In this document: positions 1 through 12,560 of the stretch, one piece after another
How positions within the stretch are numbered: the first letter of the stretch is position 1
How the letters are laid out: each line of letters begins with the position of its first letter
NCBI RefSeq assembly: GCF_006345805.1
Contig: NC_043006.1
Span: 83,762,001-83,826,000, forward strand
Reading direction: 5' to 3'
Length of the DNA stretch: 64,000 nt
Origin: Octopus sinensis
Lineage: Eukaryota
Position numbers and translations under genes: made by a program
The notes under the pieces: model-generated
The model's input: only the letters and a program-made list of their open reading frames with translations
What the model was told of the DNA's origin: nothing
Database searches by the model: none

Positions 1-930
1 AAAATAATTGAAAAATAATGAGTGTGTGTGTGTATATATATATACTACATATATACACATTGTGTGTATGTGTAGTACTTAAATACAGACAAGGTTTTAA
101 ACTGGCTGCAATGCCAAGGGGAGACTATTACTTATGATTACAACAACTGGCCCCTCTCTACTAATTCAAATTTTATAGGAACATCAAATCTGAATAACTA
201 GATGTGAGGGGGCACCAGCTGTTACAATCATATATATTCATATACTCACATATGTGTGTCATCATAATCATTTAACATCTGTTTTCCATGCTGGTGTGGG
301 TTCAATGGTTTGACAGGAGCTGGTAAGCTAGCCAGCTGCACCAGACTTGAATTGTCTGTTTTAGCATGCTTTTTATGGCTTGATGCCCTTCCTAATGCCA
401 ACCACTTTAGAGTGCAATAGGTGCATTTTACATGACACTGGCACATGTGCCTTCTATGTGACACTGGCAAAGGTGCTTTTTACATGACACCAACAAAGGT
501 GCTTTTTACATGGCACCAGCATCAGAAGGGTTGCCAAGTAACTTGCAAGACAAGGACCTTTTAGGTAAGAGAGGTGTGGGAATGATTGTGTGGTAAAAAG
601 TTTGTTTCCATCTTGGTTCAAGTGAAGTGGTTGGCGTTAGGAAGGGCATCCAGCTGTAGAAACTCTGCTAGATCAGATTGGAGCCTGGTGCAGCCATCTG
701 GTTTGCCAGTCCTCAGTTAAATCGTCCAACCCATGGCTACTCACATCTCGTAGAGGAAGGGGAGGAAAAGAGAACATGAGCAGTAGGAGCTGCAAGAGAT
801 AGACAATGACAATGAGGTATCTAGATGGCCCCACAAGGCACAAGGTGAATTGAGGAATTAGTTTGCAAGATTGTATGGGAAGGGGATTGAAGGGCTGTGT
901 GTGTGGGTGTGTGTATATATATATATATAT

Positions 931-1455
931 ATCAGAATCGAAATCGATCAATGGAAATTACAGATGTGTTACCAGTGCCGGTGGCATGTCGAAACTCTAC
1001 TTGTGAAGACCCATTGAGGCAAGTGAGGATCAGAATCGAAATCGATCAATGGAAATTGCAGATGTGTTACCAGTGCCGGTGGCATGTAAGAGAACCTTCT
1101 ATTTCGCGATCGTTGCCAGCACCGCCCCGACTGGCCTCGTGCCGATGGCACGTAAAAAGCACCATCCGTTCGTGTCCATTGCCAGCCTCGCCTGGCCCTC
1201 ATGCCGGTGGCACATAAAAAGCACCATCCGTTCGTGGCCGTTTGCCAGCTCTGTCTGGCACCTGTGCGGATGGCACGTAAAAAGCACCCACTACACTCAC
1301 GGAGTGGTTGGCGTTAGGAAGGGCATCCAGCCGTAGAAACACTGCCAGATTTGACTGGGCCTGATAAAGCCTTCTGGCTTCACAGACCCCAGTAGAACCG
1401 TCCAACCCATGCTAGCATGAAAAACGGACGCTAAACAATGATGATGATGATGATG
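931..1455 (+). mobile_element. SINE-like repeat with internal repeated units and (GAT)n tail
   Basis: Internal repeats of GCCGGTGGCACGTAAAAAGCACC. Shares the block GTGGTTGGCGTTAGGAAGGGCATCCAGC with copies at ~625-735 (+) and ~255-410 (-). Ends AAACAATGATGATGATG. Confidence 0.7.
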
Positions 1456-1457
1456 GG

Positions 1458-1606
1458 GCTATGTGGTAAGTCGCTTGCTTGCCAACCACATGGTTCCTGG
1501 TTCAGTCACACTGCATGGCAGCTTGGGCAAGTATCTTCTGCTATAGCCTCAGACTGGCCAAAGCCTTGTGAGTGGATTTGATAGATGGAAACTGAAAGAA
1601 GCCCGT

Positions 1607-1658
<52 letters not shown>

Positions 1659-1861
1659 CGTATATGTTTGTGTGTCTGTTTGTCCCCCACCATTGCTTGA
1701 CAACTGATGTTGGTGTGTTTACGCCCCCGTAACTTAGCAGTTCCACAAAAGAAACTGATAGAACAAGTACTAGGCTTACAAAGAATAAGTGCTGAGGTCG
1801 ATTTCTTTCACTAAAGGCAGTGCTCCAGCATGACTGCAATCAAATGACAAACAGATAAAAG

Positions 1862-1865
<4 letters not shown>
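1458..1865 (+). mobile_element. tRNA-derived SINE with internal (TA)n microsatellite
   Basis: Head GTGGTAAG...GGTTCAGTC with B-box-like motif. Body CTTGGGCAAGTATCTTCTGCTATAGCC recurs at 16570, 22141, 22571, 25130, 34680, 37255 and 63775. Confidence 0.8.
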
Positions 1866-1913
<48 letters not shown>

Positions 1914-2699
1914 ATATGTACGTGCAGAAGCTACAAGGACAGCATCATTACAAGTCAAGGTTGCCTGAATATGGTCACTCAACCAACTAGATATGCCAGT
2001 TGAAATTACTTCAGATCACACCCTGTTATTTTGATAAAGAATGGGCTGAAGAATGTTGTTTTGGATTCTTTGTCTGTAGGGCAAATGTACAAAAGATGGG
2101 ATGGGTTCAGACAGTCAAGGTTAAAATAGTTATGTCATTAAATGTCTACTAGATTAAAGCTGATTTAGGGTTAAACAGCTATCAAAATCAAAAATAAGCG
2201 AGCACTCAGAGAGCTCAAACTTCCGTCAAGGCAACACCAACATCCTCTCAACAATTAGCCAGAGATGGTTTTTAAAATGAAAATATCTGAAATAAACTCA
2301 ACTGCTCTCACAAACAAGAATACTAAAAATCAACCCGGCTGCTCTCAAAAATTAAGTAAAAAAAATACTGGAAAAAATCCAGAATCCTTGTCTGTTACCA
2401 GATTGATCCCAAGGTTTAATCAGATTGTGCCAGTCACAAGGCCAAGCATCCCTGAAAATTCTATCCGAATCCATCCAGTGGTTCTTGAGGTATCTTGTCC
2501 AAACACAAACAAGCAAACAAAACTGAAAACAATACATCCACCTTAGTGAAGGTGGAGGTAAAAAAAAATACTAACTAATCATTAGACATTACAATCATGT
2601 TTCAAGGGGAAAAGTGCAACCGACTCAAACAATGGGATTCAAACCATATGCCTATTGTTTAGCTTGAGTTCACAATTGCATTATGGACTGCTTTATTAC

Positions 2700-3047
2700 T
2701 TACTTGGGTACAATTGTTATCATAAGTTATCATAGGATTGCACCTAGAAAGTTCCCCTCCAAGGCACAAGTCTGGGCAAGGTTGTTTATGGAAGACCACC
2801 AGTCACCCACGCATACCGGCCTCCTCTCTCCACGCCACCGGTGTTATTCAAGGGAAAGGCAAAGGCCAATACAGCTTGGCACCAGTGACATTGCAACTCA
2901 TTTCTACAGCTGAGTGAACTGGAGCAACATGAAATAAAGTGTTTTGCTTGTGAACACAATACAGGGCCCAGTCTGGGAATCAAACTCATTACCTCATGAT
3001 TATGAGCTGGACACTCTAACCACTGAGCCATGCACCTTCTTGCTATA
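2700..3047 (-). mobile_element. tRNA-derived SINE, second family
   Basis: Minus strand begins GGTGCATGGCTCAGTGGTTAGAGTG (A box) ... GAGTTTGATTCCC (B box). Related head at ~50335 (+). Confidence 0.7.
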
Positions 3048-3539
3048 TTACACCCTATATAAATTGATTCTAGTTGCTTTATCACTCTCTCAACACCAGC
3101 AGGATGGGTTTTTCAAGTAAGTTCCATCATAGAGAAGTGTCACACTTGATGTAACAGCTAAATATCTTTTATCTTTTACTTGTTTCAGTCATTGGACTCT
3201 GGCCTTGTGTTGGGGTGCCACCTCAAAGGGTTTAGTTGAACAACTCAACCCCAGGATATTTTTTAAGTTTGAAGCATATTCAATTGATCTCTTTTGCTAA
3301 GCCATTTAGTTACAGGGATGTAAACAAACCAATACTGGTTGTCAAGTATAAGGGGACAAATGCAAAAACACACTCCTACACATATACAATGGCCTTCCAC
3401 ACAGTTTCATCTACCACAAGACACTAGTTGGCATGGGGCTAGAGTAGGAGACACTTGCTGAAAAGGCCACATAGTGGGACTGAACCCAAACCACATGTTT
3501 GCAGTCATGCCTGTACCTATCAGAACAGTATTTATAGTA

Positions 3540-3985
3540 CCTCCAAGGTGGCAAGCTGGCAGAAACGGTAGCACGTTGGGCAAAATGCTTAGTGGTATTT
3601 CGCCTGCTGTTACGTTCTGAGTTCAAATTCCGCTGAGGTCAACTTTGCCTTTCATCCTTTTGGGGGTCAATAAATTAAGTACCAGTTACGCACTGGGATC
3701 GATCTAATTGGCTTAATCCCTTTGTCTGTCCTTGTATGTCCCCTCTATGTTTAGCCCCTTGTGGGCAATAAAGAAATAAACGGCATGCTGGGCAAAATGC
3801 TTAGCATTATTTCATCTATCTTTATGATCTGAGTTCAAATTCTGCCAAGATCAACTTTGCCTTACATCCTTTTGGGGTTGATAAATTAAGTACCAGTTGC
3901 ATACTGGGGTTGATCTAATTGACTGCTCCCCCCCCCCACAAAAAAAATTTTGGGCCTTGTGCCTGGAGTAGAAAAAGGTATTTAT
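3540..3985 (+). mobile_element. Two tandem copies of the (ATT)n-tailed tRNA-derived SINE
   Basis: GAGCTGGCAGAA...GAGTTCAAATTC...GACTTTGCCTTTCATCC motif, seen many times in the window. Confidence 0.75.
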
Positions 3986-4135
3986 AGCACCTATATTTGA
4001 AAAGAGAATGGCAAGTGCTTTGTAGTGTAAATAATAATACAATCTCTCACCAAGTAAGGCACTATATTTGCATCATTCAGATTTGTTAAAAGGTCTGCTA
4101 CTCTTTTTCTGTCTCAACTTTTTGCTTATGATTAA

Positions 4136-4350
4136 CCCTTTAGCATTCAAACTGGCCATATCTGGCCAAAATATTTAACCTGTTTTATATTGAAACTGAC
4201 CAGATCTCGCCTCTCACCTCAGCCCCTACCATGCCATTCTAAAACTAAAAAAATCACATCACTGAAATCTCTAAACTACAAGATAATGCATTTTAACCAT
4301 TTTAAATAAACAAACATCACATTTGACAGAATAATCTGAACACTAAAGGG
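4136..4350. mobile_element. piggyBac-type MITE (TTAA TSD)
   Basis: TTAA|CCCTTTAGCATTC ... GAACACTAAAGGG|TTAA; CCC/GGG termini. Confidence 0.75.
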
Positions 4351-4439
4351 TTAACTTCAAGAACCTTAGCAGTCAATTTATACAGGACATATATTGAAAT
4401 TATATTTTTCTTGACAATATCACATCTGTTCATTCTTAA

Positions 4440-4651
4440 CCATTTGGCATTTAACCTGGCCATATCCAGTGCAAATATTCTACTTGTTTTATGTTCAATC
4501 TAGATTCGACCATCCACACCTACCTACAATATCATTCTAAAAAATAAACAATCATATCATTAGTCTTGAAGCTACAAGATAATGCACAACTTACTCAAAA
4601 CAATGTGAATGAATAAGCATTATGTTCGACAGTAATTTAAATGCTAAAGGG
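4440..4651. mobile_element. piggyBac-type MITE, second diverged copy
   Basis: TTAA|CCATTTGGCATTT ... AAATGCTAAAGGG|TTAA; internal similarity to 4136-4350. Confidence 0.65.
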
Positions 4652-4820
4652 TTAACAATTCTGGCAGACTTTAACATGGATATCTGGTTGGTGTTGTTTG
4701 TTATTCATTATCAGAGAATCTTTCCTCTCCTTTGGACAATGTGTGTTCATAATATAGGAGTTTACGAAAAAAACAAAAGATGAAGACAGGTGGTGTACAA
4801 AACAAGGAATAGAAAAAGTC

Positions 4821-4854
4821 TTTTACATTTCGAGCCTATGCTCTTCTACAGAAA
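4821..4854 (-). ncRNA. Minimal hammerhead-like motif (variant core CUGUAGA plus extra A)
   Basis: Minus strand UUU-CUGUAGA-A-GAGC(AUAG)GCUC-GAAA-UGU-A-AAA; second copy at 6710-6745. Confidence 0.45.
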
Positions 4855-4879
4855 CTGACACAGAAAAAACAAGGAGAAA

Positions 4880-4944
<65 letters not shown>

Positions 4945-4947
<3 letters not shown>

Positions 4948-6613
4948 TTGCGTCAGAAATTAATTAGCACTTCTCAAATTTCTACATTTTCTTACATTTT
5001 CTTAACTTATTATCAGAAATGAACTCATTTTTAATCAAAAATTTATTAAAGCATATCCCAGCATACCACATAATTGTTATTAATCGTGAAATTTAGTCAA
5101 TATCTTGTTGCTCCTCCTTTGGCAGCAATGACAGCTGCTACACGGGCCGGCATGCTGTCTATGAATGCCTGCAGGTACTGTGCAGGAATGGCCCTCCATG
5201 CAGCAAGAAATGCCCCAAACAGCTTGTGTCGGTTCCTGTATTGCTGCACATTCAAATCCCTACCCAATCGACTCCAGAGGTTCTCAATAGGGTTCAGGTC
5301 AGGTGACTGGCCAGGCCAGTCCATGACCGTCACCCCATGGTCCTTGAAGAAACCGGTTGTGAGCTTGGCTGTGTGGGGAGGCGCGTTGTCCTGCTGGAGC
5401 ACGTACTCCTCGCCACCAAAGAGGTATCCCGCAGAGGGTAGGGCAGCATTCCATACTATCTCAACGTACTTTGCTGCGTTGATGTTGCCTTCGACGGCAT
5501 AGAGCCGCCCAACACCACTGTAGCTGAACGCCCCCCCACACCATCAGACAACCCCCACCATGCTTCATGGTGGGAGCAATGCAGTCTTTGTTGAAGCGCT
5601 CACCCCTGTGGCGTCGCACATGGACAGGCTTGTCACTGACGAGACTGAATCGCGACTCGTCAGTGAACATCACTGTCCGCCACTGCTGCACGGTCCATGT
5701 CTTGTGGGCATGGGCCCAGAGCAGCCGCCTCTTCCGGTTTGGGGCTGTAAGGAGCGGCTTACGGGCGGCCCTACAGGATTTTAGACTAGCTTCCAGTAAT
5801 TTGGTCTTGACGGTGGTTGTAGACAACTGCTTCCCTGTCACCTTTTGCATCCCCTCCGCCAGTTGCCGGCTCGTTGCCCTTCGGTTGTTCAGTGACTTTC
5901 CCCTATCCTTTTTGTCAGCTGCTGATCCGGTTTTCTCGTATTTCTTAAATAAGCACTGAATTGTGCGCCTGGCTACACCAAGTTTTCTGGCTATTGCAGT
6001 CTCCGACAGCTTCCCACGCCACGAGAGAGCCTCGTACCGTCTCTCCAAGGTCATGCGAGGTCTTGGGCCCATCTAGGAATGAACGATAAAACCAGTTATT
6101 TTCATTAAAACTATTCATTTGAATAATGTTATGCTATAACAAAACTGCTATTCATTAAACAAAAAAGAAAGAAAGCAGAATTTCTCACCTTATTTGATTT
6201 ATAACAGAAAGTTTTGTGAACCGGAAGTGACGTCACGAAGCAGAGTGTAGGAGAATTTGTGAGGAAAAAAAATCTTGCAAATACACAAATCAATTAACCT
6301 ACGAGCTGTTCAAAACGTCTTACGCGATGAGAAAACTTAGTACGGTGTGATTTCGGTCCCTGCGAGGTGCTACCTATATCCATTTAACAAAGGAAGATTT
6401 GTCTGCATCCGCACTCCAAGTTGTTGTTGCACTGCTATGTCAACATCATTAGGCTGTAGACTTTCAAACCGCTCTGCAAACAAAGTTACGTCATCGTTCT
6501 GCGCAACAGTGAACTCGCAACAAAGCAATAGTTCGAGATATGGCCACTAGGTGACAGCACATACCTTGAGTGAAGAGCAAATCAAGGGTGCTAATTAATT
6601 TCTGACGGTAGTG
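4945..6613 (-). mobile_element. Tc1 (DD34E) DNA transposon, 1669 bp
   Basis: 26-bp TIRs, 24/26 identical (CACTTGCGTCAGAAATTAATTAGCAC at 4945-4970; inverse at 6588-6613), flanked by (TA)n. Confidence 0.95.
5097..6072 (-). pseudogene. Tc1 transposase, frameshifted
   Basis: HTH region, TDESRF, QQDNAP-34 aa-NPIENLW and C-terminal KGGATRY. +1 frameshift in the C7 run at 5531-5537 (VWGAFSYSG restored by removing one base). Apparent in-frame deletion after GSAADK. Confidence 0.92.
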
Positions 6614-7372
6614 TATATATATATATATATATATATATATGTAGGGAGAGTTTACGAAAAAAACAAAAGACGAAGACAGGTGGTGTACAAAACAAGGAAT
6701 AGAAAAAGTCTTTCATATTTCGAGCCTATGCTCTTCTACAGAGAGGGACACAGAAAAAACAAAGAGAGAAAAAAATGTGTGTAGTGGCTAAAGATCTATC
6801 ATTGCGACTACTCGGACAGAAGGGTCACACTCGAGGAGGAAAGTAGGGGAGATAACAAAGTAAAGATGACCCCCAACACGAAAGTGCGTGTGTGTATAAG
6901 AGATTATGTATGTGCATGTGAAAGAAGGCTGGTGGTCTGGACGTGTGCATGTATGTGTAGGTGTGAAAATGTGGGGATGGGTGTGTGGGTGGTGTGATGT
7001 GTAATGTATGGTGTGATGTTGGGAGGTGGGGGAGGCGAGAGTAGGGAAAGCACGGGTGGGGTGTGGGTTCAGCTGGGGGTTGGGGTTTGTGGGTAGGCAT
7101 AGGGTGGGAGTAGAGGTGGGGTATGTGGGAGAGGATGTGTGTTCATAATATACACTAGTGAGTCACATGTGATTGGAACACATGTGTTAAAGGGAAGAGG
7201 TGTTCTCTGATGATGAAAAGCAACAGATATTCACATCTGAATCTCCCAGAATGTATTGAGAATGAATAGATACACTATTGTTTCATTTTTGTTCTTCTGC
7301 ATGCATTTCATGAATTATATATTCTTTTCTTTGGTATTTTTTATTTCCATAAATATTCTATTCTAATTTCAG

Positions 7373-7518
7373 GTGTTATCACAGAACATAACAACAATGA
7401 CTACACCATCAGTTTTTATATAGTCTCCATCTTAAACATAGTGTCAATGTTACCTACAATTCTTTATTACCTGTACAAGCGAAGAAGGACACCAGTTGAT
7501 ACTCAACCGCAATTATAA
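7373..7518 (+). CDS. Probable last coding exon of a multi-pass membrane transporter (MFS-like final TM helix)
   Basis: Pyrimidine-rich acceptor TTCTAATTTCAG at 7372. Open frame (G)VITEHNNNDYTISFYIVSILNIVSMLPTILYYLYKRRRTPVDTQPQL*, a 23-aa hydrophobic stretch followed by KRRR. Upstream exons not found in the window. Confidence 0.55.
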
Positions 7519-9189
7519 CATGCATACTTCATTTGTTTGTATATATTTTTGTTATTAGTTTTGTTTTGTTATTGAAGAATGGTACAAAGTTTTTTCATTG
7601 CTAACTGAAATTGTAAATCTATGCAAAGGAAGAAATTTTTAAAAGTAAAAACAAAAAAGGAAAATAAGGAAAATAGCAAAATCATTATTATTCAAGTATC
7701 TGAAAGGAAATTGATTACTTCTGCTACAGTCTTTCAACTCATTAACAAGTCATGTACTGTTACCTCTTTTAACACATTCTCTACTAATCTCACACAAACA
7801 CACAAACATGTGTGTGTGTGTGTGTGTGACTATACATATGCATATATATATATATAGCATATACTCATATTATTATCATACCGAGAGTTTAACTGTGGTC
7901 CCTCCATAGCCTTGGATCTTTTGGATACCAATACCTCTCATCATCATCATCATCATCGTCATTTAATGTCCGCGTATAAAATGTTTGTAAAGAATTCTTG
8001 ATATAGTCCGCTTATCTGAAGAAAGATTTTCTTAAATTTAAAAACAACACCATAAATCTTTTGGGAAAAAAATTTTGTATTCTGTTTAAATGCTTTCACT
8101 ATTTACAGTTTTTCAGCCACAATTGTTATGGAGTAAATCATATTGACAGTGTTGTTTTAATTTTAGTGCTATTTCTGGTTTAGTTTCAGATTTAGAATCC
8201 TTATACAGTAGTCTTCTTTTTACTTTCGTAGCTGATCATTCTCTTCCTTTATTTTGAAAAACAGGAATACTTTGAATTTACTTATTGCACACATGTTTAG
8301 ATATTCACAACAAAGAATATTTTGATTTGTTGTTTATGTACTCTCACCCATTCATTATGATCCCATTTGGCCAATATAATTTTTATTGCATAGTAGGTAC
8401 ATGATGCAGTAAATTATATTGTTTTGCAATTCATGTCTGCATTTACCTTAAATTCCTTCCTTTTCTTGAATTATTTGATTGTTCTTTGTTTAGTTATTTT
8501 TCATCGCTTATGCATGCATACATACATACAGACAGACAGATGGCAGTGCTTCAACAAATAGAAAAGTAGTCGATCAGCTAAGAGAGTAAAGATAATCTTA
8601 AACGAAAACCCATAAATTTTGCAAATAGCTACCCAAAGTTTCCTGGTCAAAATAGTAATTTATTTCCTCATCAAACTGAAAGCAAGACTTACCTGCTAAA
8701 AACAACTTGCAAACAGTCTTTACAAAGAAAAAAAAAAGTGGACTATAATTACAATTCACTTTAATACATAAATAACTTGGATACAAGGAGGTAACTTCAT
8801 TTCCTAATCATAAGATCTTGTTAATTCTACTGCAACTGTCATTTTGTACTACCCTTGTTAACCAAGATCTTCTGAGTGAAATTGGAAAGACAGAATCTGC
8901 ATGGAAGGCCATCCGGTGGATTATACTTGTAATTCAAAGGTCCAGTCCTTATCACACTTTGTGTCATGTTGATTGTGCCTGAGAATTACATTAAAGGTTC
9001 ACATGTCTGAATACAGACGGTCAGAAAATTTGACCTGCAATCATGTTATATATTATGTATTTTTATATAATATATCTGTGCTATCATCATCATCATCATC
9101 AACATCTTTCAGTTTCCTTTTTCCATGCTGGCTTGGGTTGGGTGAGTCAGCAGGATCTACCTGGTAGAGGAATGTGTCATAGTTTGAGA

Positions 9190-9800
9190 TACTCACTAAC
9201 AGCTTTTTAACATTAGGTTCACAACTCAACAAGACCCTGAAATTATATGCTGATTGAATGTTTTCCTATACCTATAATCCTATGTAAAATTCTTATCCAC
9301 TAATCTAAGAAAGACCCCTCTCATGCAGGTTTTCACATTGGGTGAGAATGTGGGTAGAGTGGCAAACTAAATGACTGGGAGTGCTTTCTCTTGTGGGCAT
9401 TAGGGCAGGGTGTATAAGTGATGCAGTCCTTAAACCCATTTTCTGCCAGAGCCTTGTTATAAAAGGAGGTGGCTGTATCAGAGACATGTTTATTTGTGGA
9501 AAAGTTCAAAATCTTTTTATTGACTGCCTTTACAAGATCTTTAAATGTTATTGGAAGGTTGCAGGAGGCTGTGTTGATGTGCAACAGTCTTTCATTTGGT
9601 TTGCAGTTGGGCCTGTATGAACCAGTGCTTCATTTGAATTTTGCATCTAAGAAATTAACTCTGGTCTCAATGGTAACTCTAAGCTGTAAGGAGTTATGAG
9701 TGCAGATCAGGTCTTTTCTGAGCTTATCCAAACTGAACCTTTTCATGCCTCTCAAGATAGTTAAAATGTTGTCACTATCATTGCTAAAATGTCATCACAG
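9190..9800 (-). pseudogene. Degenerate Penelope-like reverse transcriptase fragment
   Basis: Minus-strand peptides DKLRKDL..VNFLD..GSYRP..KPNERLLHINTASCNLP..FYNKALAENGFK and FSPNVKT..FLRLVDKNF match PLE RT thumb/linker motifs; stops and frameshifts present. Confidence 0.7.
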
Positions 9801-9989
9801 CCTTTTTATCTCTGATTAATAGCATGGCATAGTCTAACTTGAAATTTTGAGGGGTGCTTTTTATTTTTAATTTGGTCTGTGTGGGTCTTACTATATCCTC
9901 AAACTCTAGAGATGCCATGTTGTTTGTTGTTTCAATTGCCATTTATTATTATTATTTTTTCATAGTCTTCATCTCCAGAAGGGAGAAAC

Positions 9990-12560
9990 AGATGACCTAA
10001 TTATTCACATGGCCCAGCATCAACATAATGTACACCTTCTTACATTTATACAGATCAGCTATTGACAGGATAAGTAATTCTAACAGACAAGGTGCAGAAG
10101 TCCATCACAATAATTGTGAATATAGAAGTTATCTTTCTGCTTTTAATAGTCTCATCATGTATTTGCTCAACTTCATTTGTCACCAGTAACCATTCCAATC
10201 TGAAGTAAAGAGCAAACTGCACCAAAACTTGAACTTGCCTAGGAGCCATGCTTTGTGAAACATCAAAAATCTGTTTTCCACCATTTTGATCCCCTTATGT
10301 CCGTTGTTAAATAATCCATATTACAGTTTCCCCAGGCATTTCACTGTCTCTCTTCTTATCATAGGCATGACTTCTGCATTTTCATAAGAGTTACATTACA
10401 CATGTATTTTTACTTTAAAATACACCTTTGCTCAGTTTATCAACTCATCCTAATCCAGTCTGCACAGGATTTCATTATTGAATACTTCTTCTTTGCCAAC
10501 AATGCTACATCATCCATTCTTTAAGTAGCAGATCTTTATCTTGTGGCTGTGGTCTATTGTTCCTTGTAGGATAACTTCCATTCAAATTATCAACCAACCA
10601 ACTGACAGTGTGTGCACTTAGCAGCAGTTCTTACTTCCAATTTGTCCCAAGTCATTATATATTTTTTGTGGAAAAGAACATGTAGAATTTACTGTAATAA
10701 TCCGTTATTGGTCTTCTGATTTCAAGCAAAATCCAGAACAATTCCACAGCATACTGAAACACTTTGTGTAGAACTGACCCCAAATCATTTCCCAGGTTGC
10801 TTTTCTCCTCCTTTGTTGTTTGCACGACATTCCATAGTTGCATATTGTATACAATCTGATATAGTTTGAATTCTTATTGATACAGAAACCATTTTCTAAC
10901 AGAAATATAATCATTTGTATAGCAATAATGCTGAGGAATATTTATCCTTCAACTTTCACTTGAGAAATTGGCTTGAATTGGTTAAAAGTTGATGGGTTCT
11001 GCTCTTTAAGAAGGTGAATAACTTTGTAACAGCAGAAATTGGATTGGTAAACAATAATATGATGTGTCAGAGTGAGCAGTTGTAACGATAAAGATTTGTT
11101 GTTATAATTGCATGTTGTAGGATATGAAAGATGAACAAAGCATGAAGTTTTAAGGAAATATTTATTTACTGTTACGTTAGAGTACCTTGCCTCGACAGGC
11201 AGGTTATGATAAATCCAAAAGCATGCGAAGTAAAGTTTGTGTTTTTCTCCTCTTCATTGTTTAGTAGTAAATACAGAGAGAGATAGAATGATGTTGTAAA
11301 AGAACAGAATTAGAGCTAGTGAGAATTGTAGGGTGTTGAACGTTGTCTCACAGTTGCTGACAGTAAACTTCATTTCTCCCTCTGACCAAGGTTCTAACTG
11401 GTCAGCCAGACTTCGTCATCACCGAAGTGACTACTTGGTTGAGTCGTCACTGACTGGTGACTAACTGATTTTTGCTTGGGGTGTGATTGCTTTTATAACT
11501 ATCCAGAAGGATGTTATCTATTCTAGCTTTTGGTGAAGTAGAAGAGGTTAGAAAGGGTCAAGTGGTGAAAACATTATTTCAGCCTAGCTAAAGGTGTCTG
11601 GAAAATGTAAAACTGCTGCAGAGAAAAACCATTGTTCCGCCATGGAAAAAGTTCTGTTGCAGTGTTAATTCAAATTTGGCTATGGTGGATCAAATCCACT
11701 TCGTGTTTGCAAAATCCACTACAACTTCTAGTCTTTCCCAGCAATCCATAATCTTCTCTTTTTAAACTTGTCAAAGAATGAAAAATAGTTAGTTGCTCAG
11801 AATGGAATATTTCTATATGGCACTCCATCCTGGTCTGGCACACTCTTCAGTCATTTTTTTTTAATGAAAAACTGAAGTTTTTTTCATTCAAAGGTATCTA
11901 AAGTCAAATTTTTTTTCCAGCTACTGTCACTTTCAGTAACTCTTGCATTGGTTGTATAGTGGGTATCTTGAAGATTACCATTATACATAATACAAAAGTG
12001 TGTCTTCAGCTCATCCCTGCTACTGGTCAGGTGATCATTTCTGCTCTCCTGAAACAACCCATTTGCATACTTGTAAAAGTATTCAATGAACCCTATTACT
12101 TGAGCCTTCCTCTTTCCTTCATGTTTTTTTATTCACACCAACTGACAGTGGCACTTCTTAATATTATTATATAGCGTTTTCAAAGGTACCTTTTCTTCTT
12201 CCCTTGCCTCAGTCCACCTACACTTCAAAGGTTTCTTCCTCCTGGCCCCTTTGGAAGGTGGTTCCTCTTCATATTACCTCTTGGCACTTTATTTCTACCA
12301 CTTCCATTTTATGTGCCAAATATTTCCTCGCCTGTGTAACAGATTATATCAGTGAGTACTTGAAGCTCTTCTTGCACCAAAAATCATTTCTTCCAAAGTA
12401 TTTTTGAACTCTTTGCAGATTAGCAATTCATCTGCTTTAAACCATCTTATATTCACTTGCTGGCCTTGAAAACTCTTTTGTAGATGCATTGATTTTACCT
12501 CTGTGGCTTGCCTTCTTGCTACCATCAATGCTTATCGTCTGATTCACATTACAATTTTGT
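9990..12560 (-). pseudogene. Highly degraded R2-group (Hero-like) non-LTR retrotransposon, interrupted by the repeat at 11060-11723
   Basis: Remnant peptides KEQNPSTFNQFKPISQVKVEG, LWNVVQTTKEEKSNL..DLGSVLH..DYYSKFYMFFST, MDDVALL and AREEEKVPLKTLY; many lesions. Confidence 0.55.
11060..11723 (-). mobile_element. Solo-LTR-like repeat, copy 1
   Basis: Homologous to 17531-18201. Minus strand starts TGTAGTGG and contains TATAAAAG and AATAAA. No TSD evident for this copy. Confidence 0.5.

Larger units (their letters stand above)
4757..7134 (-). mobile_element. Penelope-like element terminal fragment with tandem pLTR-like duplication, interrupted by Tc1
   Basis: Identical 18-bp direct repeat ATGTGTGTTCATAATATA at 4739-4756 and 7135-7152. 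A ~125-bp segment is repeated at 4757-4885 and 6648-6775, each copy with a hammerhead-like motif. Confidence 0.65.

Noticed and set aside
5074-5959. Plus-strand ORFs over the Tc1
   Set aside because: They are antisense shadows of the GC-rich transposase gene.
8693-8718. Minus-strand micro-exon with CAG|GTAAGT donor
   Set aside because: It is only 25 nt, has no partner exons, and lies antisense to the probable 3' UTR; likely chance.
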